DNA of 64,000 nt from Octopus sinensis (lineage: Eukaryota): assembly GCF_006345805.1 (NCBI RefSeq), contig NC_043000.1, positions 131,812,001 through 131,876,000 of the forward strand. The letters run 5' to 3'. Both the position numbers and the translations under genes were made by a program. This document shows, piece after piece, positions 24,300 through 38,500 of the stretch. How positions within the stretch are numbered: the first letter of the stretch is position 1; each line of letters starts with the position of its first letter. Under the pieces are notes generated by a model. It saw nothing but the letters and a program-made list of their open reading frames with translations, searched no databases and had not been told where the DNA came from.

Positions 24300-25560
24300 C
24301 GAATGAATTACATGTTAAAAATTTACTTTAAATATATTTTATATAACAATTAAATTTTCCTTTAACTAGAACTTTTTTTAAAATAAAACGAAAACAAAGA
24401 AAAAGATTAAAAGTTCGAACCCGGCACCCTATAAAGCCCGGCATCGATCTTTTCCTTTCATCAATGATTAAGCTGGGTTACTGACACCCACCTTTCTCAT
24501 CATATCCTTCCATCGTTTTTCGTATTCATTCGGTGGCAGGGGTCTTCCTCTCCAACCCCATCTTGCACTTTAGAAGATATCTGAAGTAAGACAGCAAATC
24601 GGGGCCAGAGATGAAGGAAGAAATACTATGAAATGAAGGGAAATAATTCCTGCCGTTGATGGATCGGCCCCGAAAAGGCGCGCTTTCACTCTTGATGACG
24701 TCATACAATTACTGGCTTCCCGTGTGTGCAAGGTGCTTTGAAATTGACATCGTTATTATTAATTAGACCAATTAGTTATCGGTCTGTGATTTGCAGTTTT
24801 GTCTGAATACGGTAAGTTGACAATGATGATAATAATACTACTAATAACAATGTAATTAATAGAATTCTGTGAACTTCTCGGTGTCACAGTAATTATTTCG
24901 AAGCGAAAACATAAAAACTTTAGGAAAATATATTTCCTCGTCTTAAATAATAACTTCCAAAATGAAATGTTGGTTTGTTGTTTCTGAAAACCTATTATCG
25001 GCTGTTAGATGTGATATAGAGGAAATTTATTTGTAAAATGAGAAGAAAGCGTTGTGATTAACGAGTAAAAACGAACGGAGAACGGGCATACTACAGATTC
25101 ATGCCCCACCACTTTGGATGATCGTAACTTTAATTAAATATTCTATGAATATTTGTTACAGTATGTAGATTCCGAATATACAAAACTTTTGTAGGAAAGT
25201 GCTTTTGGTGTGAGGAGTTTCGGGAAATTCCGCGGCGTCAACTTCAATTCTTCTTAACTTTCAAGAAAATAGATGTTATATTTTTAAATAAAATTTTCTA
25301 CAAATATACCTCGGACGATATAGATTCCAATAAGGTAGGAATTTTGTGGGAAAACAATTCGGGGGTTACTTTTGAGGACCGTTCATTTATTTATTTTCTA
25401 AAATATTCCTTAATTCTTGCAACCTCTTCACTGGTTCTTGACCATGTCCATTATTGGAGCTGTTTCTTTTTGTTTGTTGCTGTGCATGTGTCTGTGTGCG
25501 GCAGCTTGCATGAATATTCACGTATGTATATATATGTATTTATGCTTATATATATATATG
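24300..25560 (-). promoter_or_regulatory. Block X (-) leading into a putative first exon with an AG/GTGGGT donor at 24491
   Basis: TGACGTCA at 24696-24703; GGCGCGC; the same donor and intron start recur at 41240. Confidence 0.45.
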
Positions 25561-25756
25561 TAAACAATTCATAAATAAGGGCAAACGAAAAAATTTCTAA
25601 TGCCAAATATGCCGTAAAATTGGACATATTGTCCATTCACCATATAATTTTTTCGCAATACGCACGCTACTCGAAAAAAGGTCGACAGAAATTTCTAAAA
25701 AATTCCATTATTACCATTAGAAATTTTTTCATTTGCCCTTATTTCTGAATTGTTTA
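25561..25756. mobile_element. MITE with ~42-bp terminal inverted repeats (TIRs)
   Basis: TAAACAATTCATAAATAAGGGCAAA...TTTGCCCTTATTTCTGAATTGTTTA. Confidence 0.6.
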
Positions 25757-26204
25757 TAAATTTAACCTTTAAAGGTATTTCGGCGATCTTTCGCTTGTCG
25801 TAGCACAAGTTTCCGTCGATTTCCGTAAAAAACTTATTTTTTTACATAAGTAATGAGAGCGAAAGAGACTAAGAGGAAGCGATTTTATGACGAGGAAGTT
25901 TCTCTTTGAAGTCCCCGTGTGTGTGTTTGATGGGGTGTGGGAGACAGACAGTATGTTGTGTAAGTGAAGTGATTCTGTTAGTGTGTGCGAAGAGACAGAG
26001 AGAGTAATGTGTGAAAGAGAGAGATAACTGAAATTTTTTACTCTGTGTATGTGTATATGTATGTCTGCATGTGTGTGTGTATGTATCTATGTATGTGTGT
26101 GACAAGCGAAACATCGCCGGTATTTTTTAATATGCTGGCCATTGATAAATTTTTTTTCGAAAAGAATTTTATTCTACATTAGATATATATATATATATAT
26201 AGAT

Positions 26205-27990
26205 GGGTACTTTTATACAAGCGTGGTCCCATTCCTAGCTAGTCGTGACTAGTCGATCTTACAAAGACTACGTAACGCGAGTGCGCGACTAAAAAATCAC
26301 ACTCGCATGCGCTAGCTATGTATGAGGTTTTTTTTAACAAATAATTTTTTTTTAGACAAAGAAAATAAAACACAAAGTAAATAATTTCTTTTATTGAGTC
26401 TTTTATTTACTTTGTTTAAGACAAAACCCATTTTATTTGATATATATTCAGCCATTATATACATGTTAGTATGCGTGCATCTGTTAATTTGCATACTCGC
26501 GCTAGGTAGTTGTTGAAGGATCGACCAGTCACGACGGACTAGCACGAGTGCGCGCACCGGGACCATTATTTTTGAGTAATACCTTTGGTAGAGTATGGAG
26601 GACTGGTTATGTGGTCATGCCTCTAATTTTTATTTCATCCCCCTGCAATGCTTCTAGATGTCTCACCAACGTATGTAATGTTCTTGTCTTTACAAGCACC
26701 CCACATCAAAATCTCTGTCTATAGATGGATAGAGGCGAATTATATCCATTCTACCCTGACACAACTTGTGAGGTGTTCAGAGGGTTTGCAGCTATTGATT
26801 CTACTGAGGAGATCCTCCCTGCTCACAAAGACGTGTGTCGCCGTTTCCGTGAGTGGTTGTAACCCCTGCGAGAGGAAGGAGAATAATTAACGTTGTCCCT
26901 TTTTTTAATGAAGGACTCATGAAATTGTCAGGATTTTGCTCCATGAGCCGACTACTTTTTGGGGTTTATAAAATATTAATGTTGATGATAATAATAATAA
27001 TAATAATGATTTTTCTTTTTGTATTTTTAAATATAAAACCTGAAATTTGTAGGAAGGGGACAACTTAATTTCAGGGACTCGAGTGCTCTACTGCTTCTTT
27101 TACTTACCTCGAAAGGATGGAAGTCATACTTTGAAAGGAAAGACGTTTGGGGCACCAACTCATGACAGACGAAATATAAAGAGGGACCTTCACTGTGGGC
27201 TAGCTAGCAAGCTGGTCTTCAGAGAAGGGACTCCTGGTTAGGTGGGAGGGGCATTTGGATGCTCAAATGATCGATCTTACTTGCCCTCACAGTGTGTACC
27301 TGATTGAAGAGAAATAAACAATGCACAGACACACTCCCATTCCTGATTGCTTTTATCTCTAGTTTGACAGAGCTATTTATGAACGAAATGCTGTTAAGCA
27401 ATTAATCCGGCATCTTCGTGATTCTGCCAGTATTTAATATTGTAGCAAGTCAGGAAAGCTATTTTACTTGTGACACCATAGCACTGTTCTGCTATGTCAT
27501 TCTTCAGCCCATCAGGGTGGGCACATATGGATCCTAGAGGGAAGTTCAGTGCCCATGAAGAGAAGTGAGAGTTTTAATTAGTTAGCGGAAAGGCGGCAGA
27601 CGAGTAACAATGCTCCTTCATCATTAACTCTGGTCACTTGATAAACAGCCCATTTCACTTGTGGCAACTTTGCTCTGTGAAATTCTGGATGGCATCAACT
27701 CACTACTCTGGCCATGTTATGCCCACTATATTTTCGTTTTGGCTAGCTCCATTCCCATTAGCTTCTAACACCTTCCAACTCAATCTACTTATGCAAGCAT
27801 GGACAGTAAATGCATGACAATGGTAGTGATATAAAATCTGCAATGTTGAATTACTTATGTTGGTGAACTATCCAGTTTTATCTAACTGCTTCTTTTCCTA
27901 TTTCAGAATATCACAACATGTTGATGTGAAGGAAATCTCTCCATTCGGAAGTGTCTTTGATATTCTCATCACCTAAAGGAAGACTGCATA
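26205..27990 (+). pseudogene. Orphan 5' part of a ZNF gene (block Y plus start of the ZNF exon), cut before the CDS
   Basis: Homologous to 52084-53890; ends abruptly at the RTE fragment. Confidence 0.8.
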
Positions 27991-29331
27991 AGATGCACCA
28001 AGTGTAAGCTATGGACACATAAGAGATGCAGCAATGTCAAAGGAAGGCTAACTAGGAAGATGGTTTTTGTATGTGGCAGATGCTCAGGAACAATAAACAC
28101 TGAAAATGCTCTGAGACCAACTTCCGTCACTTTCCAGGGAGAAAAACTAGAAATAGTTGATAGTTTCCGTTACCTAGGTGACCAAGTCAGCAGCGGGGGT
28201 GGGTGTGCTGAAAGTGTAACTGCTAGAGTAAGAATAGCTTGGGCAAAGTTCAGAGAGCTCTTACCTCTGCTGGTGACAAAAGGCCTCTCGCACAGAGTGA
28301 AAGGCAGACTGTATGATGCGTGTGTACGAACAGCCATGCTACATGGCAGTGAAACATGGGCCGTGACTGCTGAGGATATGCGTAAGCTCGCTTGAAATGA
28401 AGCCAGTATGCTCCGATGGATGTGTAATGCTGGTACTCACACTCGGCAGAGTGTAAGTACCTTGAGAGAAAAGCTGGACCTAAGAAGCATCAGTTGTGGT
28501 GTGCAAGAGAGACGTTTGCGCTGGTATGGTCATGTGGCGAGAATGGATGAAGATAGTTGTGTGAAAAAGGTGCCACACCCTAGCGGTTGAGGGAACCTGT
28601 GGAAGAAGCAGACCCAGGAAAACCTGGGACGAGGTGGTGAAGCACGACCTTCGAACTTTAGGTCTCACTGAGGAAATGACTAGAGACCGAGACTCTGGAA
28701 GTGTGCTGTGCGCGAGAAGACCCGGCAGGACAAGTGAGTCCACAACCCGTGGCCTTCTACATGGGATGGAGCCAGCCTACGTATGCATACCTTCCCTTCT
28801 TGGGACACAAAACTCTACTTGTGAAGACGTGTTGAGGCAAGTGAAGATCAGAATCGAAATCGATCAATGGAAATTGCGGATGTGCTACCAGTGCCGGTGG
28901 CATGTCGAAACTCTGCTTGTGAAGACCCATTGAGGCAAGTGAGGATCAGAATCGAAATCGATCAATGGAAATTGCAGATGTGTTACCAGTGCCGGTGGCA
29001 TGTAAGAGAACTTTCCGTTTCGCGACCGTTGCCAGCACCGCCCCGTTTCGTGTCCGTTGCCAGCCTCGCCTGGCCCTCGTGCCGGTGGCACATAAAAAGC
29101 ACCATCCGTTCGTGGCCGTTTGCCAGCTCTGTCTGGCACCAGTGGTGGCACGTAAAAGCACCCACTACACTCACGGAGTGGTTGGCGTTAGGAAGGGCAT
29201 CCAGCCGTAGAAACACTGCCAGATTTGACTGGGCCTGATGAAGCCTTCTGGCTTCACAGACCCCAGTAGAACCGTCCAACCCATGCTAGCATGGAAAACG
29301 GACGCTAAATGATGATGATGATGATGATGAT
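27991..29331 (+). mobile_element. 5'-truncated RTE-clade LINE (RT C-terminus, 3' UTR, (GAT)n tail)
   Basis: F.YLGD, YGSETW-like HGSETW, RRLRWYGHV and GRSRPRKTW motifs; in-frame stop at 28393-28395. Confidence 0.88.
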
Positions 29332-29334
29332 TCA

Positions 29335-31562
<2,228 letters not shown>

Positions 31563-31611
31563 ATATATATATATATAAATTGTATATATATATATGTATA
31601 TTGTATATATG

Positions 31612-31977
31612 CTCTTTACTTGTTTCAGTCATCTGACTGCGGCCATGCTGGAGCACCGCCTTTAATCGAGCAACTCGACCCTGGGACTTATTCTTTTTGT
31701 AAGCCCAGTACTTATTCTATCGGTCTCTTTTGCCGAACCGCTAAGTAACGGGGATATAAACACACCAGCATCGGTTGTCAAGCAATGCAAGGGGGACAAA
31801 CACACATACATATATACGACAGGCTTCTTTCAGTTTCCGTCTACCAAATCCACTCACAAGGCATTGGACAGGGGCTATAGCAGAAGACATCTGCCCAAGA
31901 TGCCACGCAGTGGGACTGAACCCGGAACCATGTGGCTGGTTAGCAAGCTACTTACCACACAGCCACTCCTGCGCCTA
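31612..31977 (-). mobile_element. tRNA-derived SINE
   Basis: Head GGCGCAGGAGTGGCTGTGTGGTAAG...GGTTCAGTCCC (A/B-box-like); at least five copies in the window. Confidence 0.85.
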
Positions 31978-32029
31978 TATATATATATTGTATATATATA
32001 GTATATATTTCATATATATGTATAGTATA

Positions 32030-32880
32030 TATATATACATACGTGTATATTTATGCAAGCTGCTGCATACAGACACATGCACAGCAACAAACAAAAAGAA
32101 ACAGCTCCAATAATGGACATGGTCAAGAACCAGTTAAGAGGTTGCAAGAATTAAGGAATATTTTAGAAAATAAATAAATGAACGGTCCTCAAAAGTAACC
32201 CCCGAATTGTTTTCCCACAAAATTCCTACCTTCTCGGAATCTATATCGTCCGAGTTATATTTGTAGGAAGTTTCATTTAAAAATATAAAATCTATTTTCT
32301 TGAAAGTTAAGAAGAATTGAAGTTGACGCCGCTGAATTTTCCGAAACTCCTCACACCAAAAGCACTTTCCTACTAAAGTTTTGTATTTTCGGAATCTACA
32401 TACTATAACAAATATTCGTAGAATATTTAATTAAAGTTACGACCATCCAAAGTGGTGGGGCATGAATCTGTAGTTATGCCGGTTCTGTTTTTACTCGTTA
32501 ATCACGTTTTCTTCTCATTTTACAAATAAATTTCCTCTATATCACATCTAACATCCGATAATAGGTTTTCAGAAACTATAAACCAACATTTCATTTTGGA
32601 AGTTATTATTTAAGACGAGGAAATATATTTTCCTAAAGTTTTTATGTTTTCGCTTCAAAATAATTACTGTGACACCGAGAAGTTCACAGAATTCTATTAA
32701 TTACATTGTTATTAGTAGTATTATTATCATCATTGTCAACTTACCGTATTCATACAAAACTGCAAATCACAGACCGATAACTAATTAGTCTAATTAATAA
32801 TAATGATGTTAATTCTAAAGCACCTTGCACACACGGGAAGCCAGTAAGTGTATGACGTCATCAAGTGTGAAAGCGTGCCG
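32030..32880 (+). repeat. Block X
   Basis: Homology to the other X copies; TGACGTCA at 32853-32860. Confidence 0.8.
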
Positions 32881-32992
32881 TTTCTGTTTAGCGAAAACGC
32901 TAAATAGAAAATCTCTGAAGTGATAAAATCTTTATTATGATCATGAGATCGAACATAGAAAACGACATAACAGTACAAAGAATTACAAAAAT

Positions 32993-33666
32993 GGGATCTT
33001 TTCCATTTGAACAGCAGTTTTCAACGCAATTTCTAGTTAACTTTTGAACTTCGTATACTGGTAGAATGTGTCAAAATAAAACATTTTTTTCTCTTGGCTT
33101 TCTTGAGAAAATTGTAATTTGTAAGTTTACCGTAGTTTAATTTTTCGAATTTTAACCAATCCTATGCCCTCTATTGAGCTAAAATCATTTGCTGCGTATA
33201 AAATAGACATTTTGTCACTAATCCAAGCCTAAATTTTAGCCTTACGTTTTTTTTTTCTTAGTTGTTAAATTGATTTAAGGATAACAGTTAAGAGAAAAAA
33301 AAAAAAAAACCAAAGCAATGGAAAATAATTTTAATTTAAAAATTAAGAAAAAAACGAAAGTAAAAACTCAAAACAAAACGAATAATTATAGACACGTGTA
33401 ACAATTAAGAAAAAAAAAAACGAAAGGATAAAATTTAGGGTTAGGGTTTGTGACAGGATGTCTGTTTTAGACGCAGCAATGGGCATATGATTGGTTAAAA
33501 TTCGAAAAATTAAACTACGTTAAACTTACAAATTACAATTTTCTCAAGAAGGCCAAGAGACAAAAAAATGTTTTATTTTGACACATTCCACCAGTATACG
33601 AAGTTCAAAAGAGTTTAGTTAACTAGAAATTGCATTGAAATCTGCCATTCAAAAGGAAAAGATCCC
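32993..33666. mobile_element. MITE with ~240-bp TIRs (GGGATCTTTTCC...GGAAAAGATCCC) and AAAAAT TSD
   Basis: The empty paralogous site GAATTACAAAAATGTT at ~15851 has a single AAAAAT. Confidence 0.88.
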
Positions 33667-34267
33667 AAAAATGTTATAAGAGTTCGAATAAAACTTTTTA
33701 AAAATTTAATTATAATGAGAAATAAACAAATAATCGGCTTACTTTTGCCTTAAAAACAACAACTTTTGTGTTTGTTTGTTTTTTTTTTTTAAATTTGATC
33801 CCGGCAGCCTATAATGTCCAGCAACTATATTTTCCTTTCTTCGATGATTAAGGTAGAAAGGGAACAGGGTCCAGATATAGAGCAAAAAATACAAGCACAA
33901 AATAAATATTTTATTCATTAGTCTTTATTAAGAAATTCCTATAACTGATGAAAGGAAAAAGCCTGTGTTTTAGCAGACCAGTGTTAATTATTGTTATGAC
34001 TTAATAAATTTTGACATTGAGACAGTAACATGTCTGAATACCCACATGTTTATGCATGTGGCTTTTTTGAGAGAATGATTTGCCACACATGTCACACTGC
34101 CATGGCAACTCTCATGTAGGGATTCGTTCATGCACAGTTAAGTTAGGTCTATGAGAGAATGCTTTAACACAGACACGACCATTACATAGGTTGTGTCTGG
34201 TATGAACATTCTCGTGTGTAGTTACAACACCATTTGCAAAAAATGAATTACAACAACTAATGCAATG

Positions 34268-35488
34268 TTATGGCTTCTCTCCTGTATGTCTATGCGTGTG
34301 TCTATTCAACTGATGCCTTTGAGAAAATGACTCACCACAGATCTCACAATGATAAGGTTTCTCTCCTGTATGAAGGCGATTGTGTGTAACCAATTGACTA
34401 TTACGAGAGAATGATTTACCACAGATATCACAATGATATGGCTTTTCTCCTGTATGTGTAGGCTTGTGATTAGTCAAGTGAGTGCTTTGAGAGAATGATT
34501 TACCACAGATCTCACAATGATAAGGTTTCTCTCCTGTATGAAGGCGATTGTGAGTAACCAATTGACTATTACGAGAGAATGATTTACCACAGATATCACA
34601 CTGATATGGCTTTTCTCCTGTATGTGTAGGCTTGTGATTAGTCAAGTGAGTGCTTTGAGAGAATGATTTACCACAGATATCACAGTGATAAGGTTTCTCT
34701 CCTGTATGAATGCGTTTGTGTGTAACCAGATAACTATTATGAGAGAATGATTTACCACAGATATCACAATAAGGTTTATCTCCTGTATGAAGGCAATTGT
34801 GATCAACCAAATGACTTTTACATGAGAATGATTTACCACAGCTATCACAATGATATGGCCTCTCTCCTGTATGAATACGTTTGTGTCTTCGTAAGGCACC
34901 ATTTTCAGAGAATGATTTACCACAGCTATCACAATGATATGGCCTCTCTCCTGTATGAATACGTTTGTGTCTTCGTAAGGCACTATTTTCAGAGAATGAT
35001 TTACCACAGATATCACAGTGATAAGGTTTCTCTCCTGTATGAATGCGATTGTGAGCAACCAAATTACTATTACGAGAGAATGATTTACCACAGATATCAC
35101 ACTGATATAGTTTTTCACCAGTATGAATCTTCTTATGGTTAGTTACATCTTTACGTTCACAGAATGATTTACCACAGATATCACAATAAGGTTTCTCACC
35201 AGTATGAATGCGATTGTGAGTAACCAAATGACAATTACGAGAGAATGATTTACCACAGATATCACAGTGATATGGCTTCTCTCCTGTATGTGTACGTATG
35301 TGATCAGTCAAGTGAGTGCTTCGAGAGAATGACTTACCACAGATAGCACAATGATATGGCTTCTCTCCCGTATGTGTACGTTTGTGTCTAACAATGTCAC
35401 TATTGTAAGAAAATGATTTTCCACAGATATTACAGTGATGTGGCTTTTCCTCTTTATCAAGATTTTCTGATTCAGTTAAATTATTCAT
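34268..35488 (-). CDS. C2H2 zinc-finger protein, 14 fingers; close paralog of 16485-17732
   Basis: ORF 34268-35515 starts at GTG; first ATG at 35488. Confidence 0.88.
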   Translation of the reverse strand: MNNLTESENLDKEEKPHHCNICGKSFSYNSDIVRHKRTHTGEKPYHCAICGKSFSRSTHLTDHIRTHTGEKPYHCDICGKSFSRNCHLVTHNRIHTGEKPYCDICGKSFCERKDVTNHKKIHTGEKLYQCDICGKSFSRNSNLVAHNRIHTGEKPYHCDICGKSFSENSALRRHKRIHTGERPYHCDSCGKSFSENGALRRHKRIHTGERPYHCDSCGKSFSCKSHLVDHNCLHTGDKPYCDICGKSFSHNSYLVTHKRIHTGEKPYHCDICGKSFSQSTHLTNHKPTHTGEKPYQCDICGKSFSRNSQLVTHNRLHTGEKPYHCEICGKSFSQSTHLTNHKPTHTGEKPYHCDICGKSFSRNSQLVTHNRLHTGEKPYHCEICGESFSQRHQLNRHTHRHTGEKP

Positions 35489-35779
35489 TATGAGAGAATT
35501 ACTTATACAATTCACAATGATAAAGTGTTTTTCATTTCCATAAATACATTTCCGTTCACTTTTGTCACTTCATTCAGATAACAATTTAATGCAATGTTTC
35601 TTCCATACATTCCACAGAAAGAAAAAATATTCCACTGTTCCTTGTTATAGACTGTATTTATATACAGAGGTAGACTTATTCATGAATGCTCCTTATAAAT
35701 ATGCTGTCTTCATTTAGGTGATGAGAATATCAAAGACACTTCTGAATGGAGAGATTTCCTTCACGTCAACATGTTGTGA

Positions 35780-37195
35780 TATTCTGAAATAGGAAAAGAA
35801 GCAGTTAGATAAAACTGGATAGTTCACCAACATAAGTAATTCAACATTGCAGATTTTATATCACTACCATTGTCATGCATTTACTGTCCATGCTTGCATA
35901 AGTAGATTGAGTTGGAAGGTGTTAGAAGCTAATGGGAATGGAGCTAGCCAAAACGAAAATATAGTTGGCATAACATGACCAGAGTAGTTAGTTGATGCCA
36001 TCCAGAATTTCGCAGAGCAAAGTTGCCACAAGTGAAATGGGCTGTTTATCAAGTGATCAGAGTTAATGATAAAGAAGCATTGTTACTCGTCTGCCACCTT
36101 TCCGCTAACTAATTAAAACTCTCACTTCTCTTCATGGGCACTGAATTACCCTCTAGGATCCATACGTGCCCAACCCTGATGGGCTGGAGAATGTCATAGC
36201 AGAACGGTGCTATGGTGTCACAACTAAAATAGCTTTCCTGACTTGCTACAATATTAAATACTGGCAGAATCACTAAGATGCCGGATTAATTGCCTAACAG
36301 CATTTCGTTCATAAATAGCTTTGTCAAACTAGAGATAAAAGCAATCAGGAATGGGAGCGTGTCTGTGCATTGTCTATTTCTTTTCGATCAGGTACACACT
36401 GAGGACCCCTCCCACCTAACCAGGAGTCCCTTCTTTGAAGACCAGCTTGCTAGCTAGCCCACAGTGAAGGTGCCTCTTTATATTTCGTCTGTCATGAGTT
36501 GGTGCCCCAAACGTCTTTCCTTTCAAAGTATGACTTCCATCCTTTCGAGGTAAATAAAAGAAGCAGTAGAGCACTCGAGTCCCTGAAATTAACTTGTCCC
36601 CTTCCTACAAATTTCAGGTTTTGTACTTAAAAATACAAAAAGAAAATCATTATTATTATCATCAACATTAATATTTCATAAACCCCAAAAAGTAGAGTCG
36701 GCTCATGGAGCAAAATCCTGACTCCAAATACATCTTACAATTCCATGAGTCCTTCATTAAAAAAAGGGACAACATTAATTCATTCTCCTTCCTCTCGCAG
36801 GTGTTATGACCACTCACGAAAATGGCGACACACGTCTTTGTGAGCAGGGAGGATCTCCTCAGTAGAATCAATAGCTGCAAACCTCTGAAGACCTCACAGG
36901 TTGTGTCCGGGTAGAATGGATATAATTCGCCTCTACCCATCTATAGACAGAGATTTTGATGTGGGGTGCTTGTAAAGACAAGAACATTACATACGTTGGT
37001 GAGACATCTAGAAGCATTGCAGGAGGATGAAATAAAAATTAGAGGCAGCATGACCACATAACCAGTCCTCCATACTCTACCAACGGTACTGCTCAAAATG
37101 AATGGTCCCGGTGCGCGCACTCGTTCTAGTCCGTCGTGATTGGTCGATCCTTCAACGACTACCTAGCGCGAGTATGCAAATTAACAGATGCACGC
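35780..37195 (-). promoter_or_regulatory. Block Y, outer part removed at the Penelope junction
   Basis: Homology to 18011-19460. Confidence 0.7.
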
Positions 37196-38480
37196 ATCTG
37201 TTAATTGTATTATTGATGATAATCCCAGCACTCCTATAGTCAGAGAAATTGCCGACGATATTACAATTAATAGTAATGATAAGATGAATAGTATCGTGGC
37301 CAATGCTAGCAACAATATTTACACCTATCATAACAATAAAAACTCTGTCTTAGTATCGGAGGTTAACCCCAACAGATTAAAGTTCTTATCCAAAAATTCC
37401 AAAATTAGAAACAACATTTACCAGTGCAAAATTTCTTCTGGAACCGATGTCTTCTTCTACATTGGAGCAACTTCTAAATCAGCCCAAAGGATCTCCAATC
37501 ATTATTCAACTTTCCGAGATAAGAGAAAACAACACAGCACAGGACTAAGTAAATTAGTTTGGCATCTGAAGGACAGCAATACAACTTTCCAGCTGGAATG
37601 GTCCATATTGTCGGTGTCCTTTCCGTTTGATAAGGGCAGAAAACTTTGTGGCATCTGTAATTCCGAACTTTTTCATATTTTGTTTGCCAAAGTCCCTTTA
37701 ATAAATACAATCGTCGAGAGGTCCTACAGGTCCATGCACTGGCAAAAACACACCTTTCACTCATATGAATAATGATTAATATAGATAACCCCTTGAATTT
37801 TAATTAATATAACTTCTTTTTTTTTATATATTTCACCCCCATAGTCAAAAAAAAAATTTTTATACTTTCAAAGAACTACTACCCAATCCAATGAGGTATG
37901 TGTTGCCTTTGTCCCTCTACCTAGCCCTCCTCTTTCTCTCTCTATTCCCCTCTATCTATAGTAAGCACAATCAAACACAGACACAAACCTGTCACTTCAC
38001 CACTGCCTGTTTTCTGACATCTACCCATCCACATACACAATCATGCACACACATACACACACTCACATATTAATGCAGTTATATACAGTCACACACACAG
38101 GCACTCATTCACAAAAGTAATTAACAAAATTCACCATTCATATGACCTGCACCCTTTCACCTTCCTATTCTTATGCCTCTCTCCTCCAACTTCGGTTGAA
38201 CCCTTGAACCTTCTAGAATCTTCTACATCCAACCATTTTGATGTCACTCCTTATAAAGGAATATTTTAAAGAGACACTCATTATCGCTATGGGCTCCATG
38301 TGAGCAATCATCTAAAAGTTTTTTGTGCATGTTGACGTTGACATAAGTTCCTTGCTTTTCCTGATGAGAAAGCGGCATAATGTACTCCTTATTCCTTCGC
38401 AATTAGGAATATGCAGCCTTCGAAACATATGTCGAAAATAAAGGAATTTTGTTAATTCGACGTTCAGCTCCATTCTTTCG
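37196..38480 (+). mobile_element. 5'-truncated Penelope-like element: GIY-YIG endonuclease remnant plus 3' pLTR
   Basis: NIYQC...FYIGAT...RISNH...LSK.VW.LKD...WSIL...C.IC..E pattern (ORF 37188-37772), plus a hammerhead motif at the end. Confidence 0.85.
38348..38446 (+). ncRNA. Minimal type I hammerhead ribozyme, predicted cleavage after GUC at 38433
   Basis: CTGATGA 38361-38367; GAAA 38422-38425; stem III C-ATAT-G; stem I TTTTC/GAAAA plus TTCCTT/AAGGAA; stem II GAAAGCGGCATA/TATGCAGCCTTC. Confidence 0.8.
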
Positions 38481-38500
38481 TATATTTATATATATATATA

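Noticed and set aside
28880-29200. Repeated GTGCCGGTGGCA motifs in the RTE 3' UTR as an HDV-like ribozyme
   Set aside because: The nested pseudoknot could not be built by eye; would need a covariance-model search.
31920-31977. SINE heads as tRNA genes
   Set aside because: No complete cloverleaf; they continue into the SINE body in every copy.
33435-33450. TTAGGGTTAGGG as a telomere remnant
   Set aside because: Only two units, internal to a MITE.
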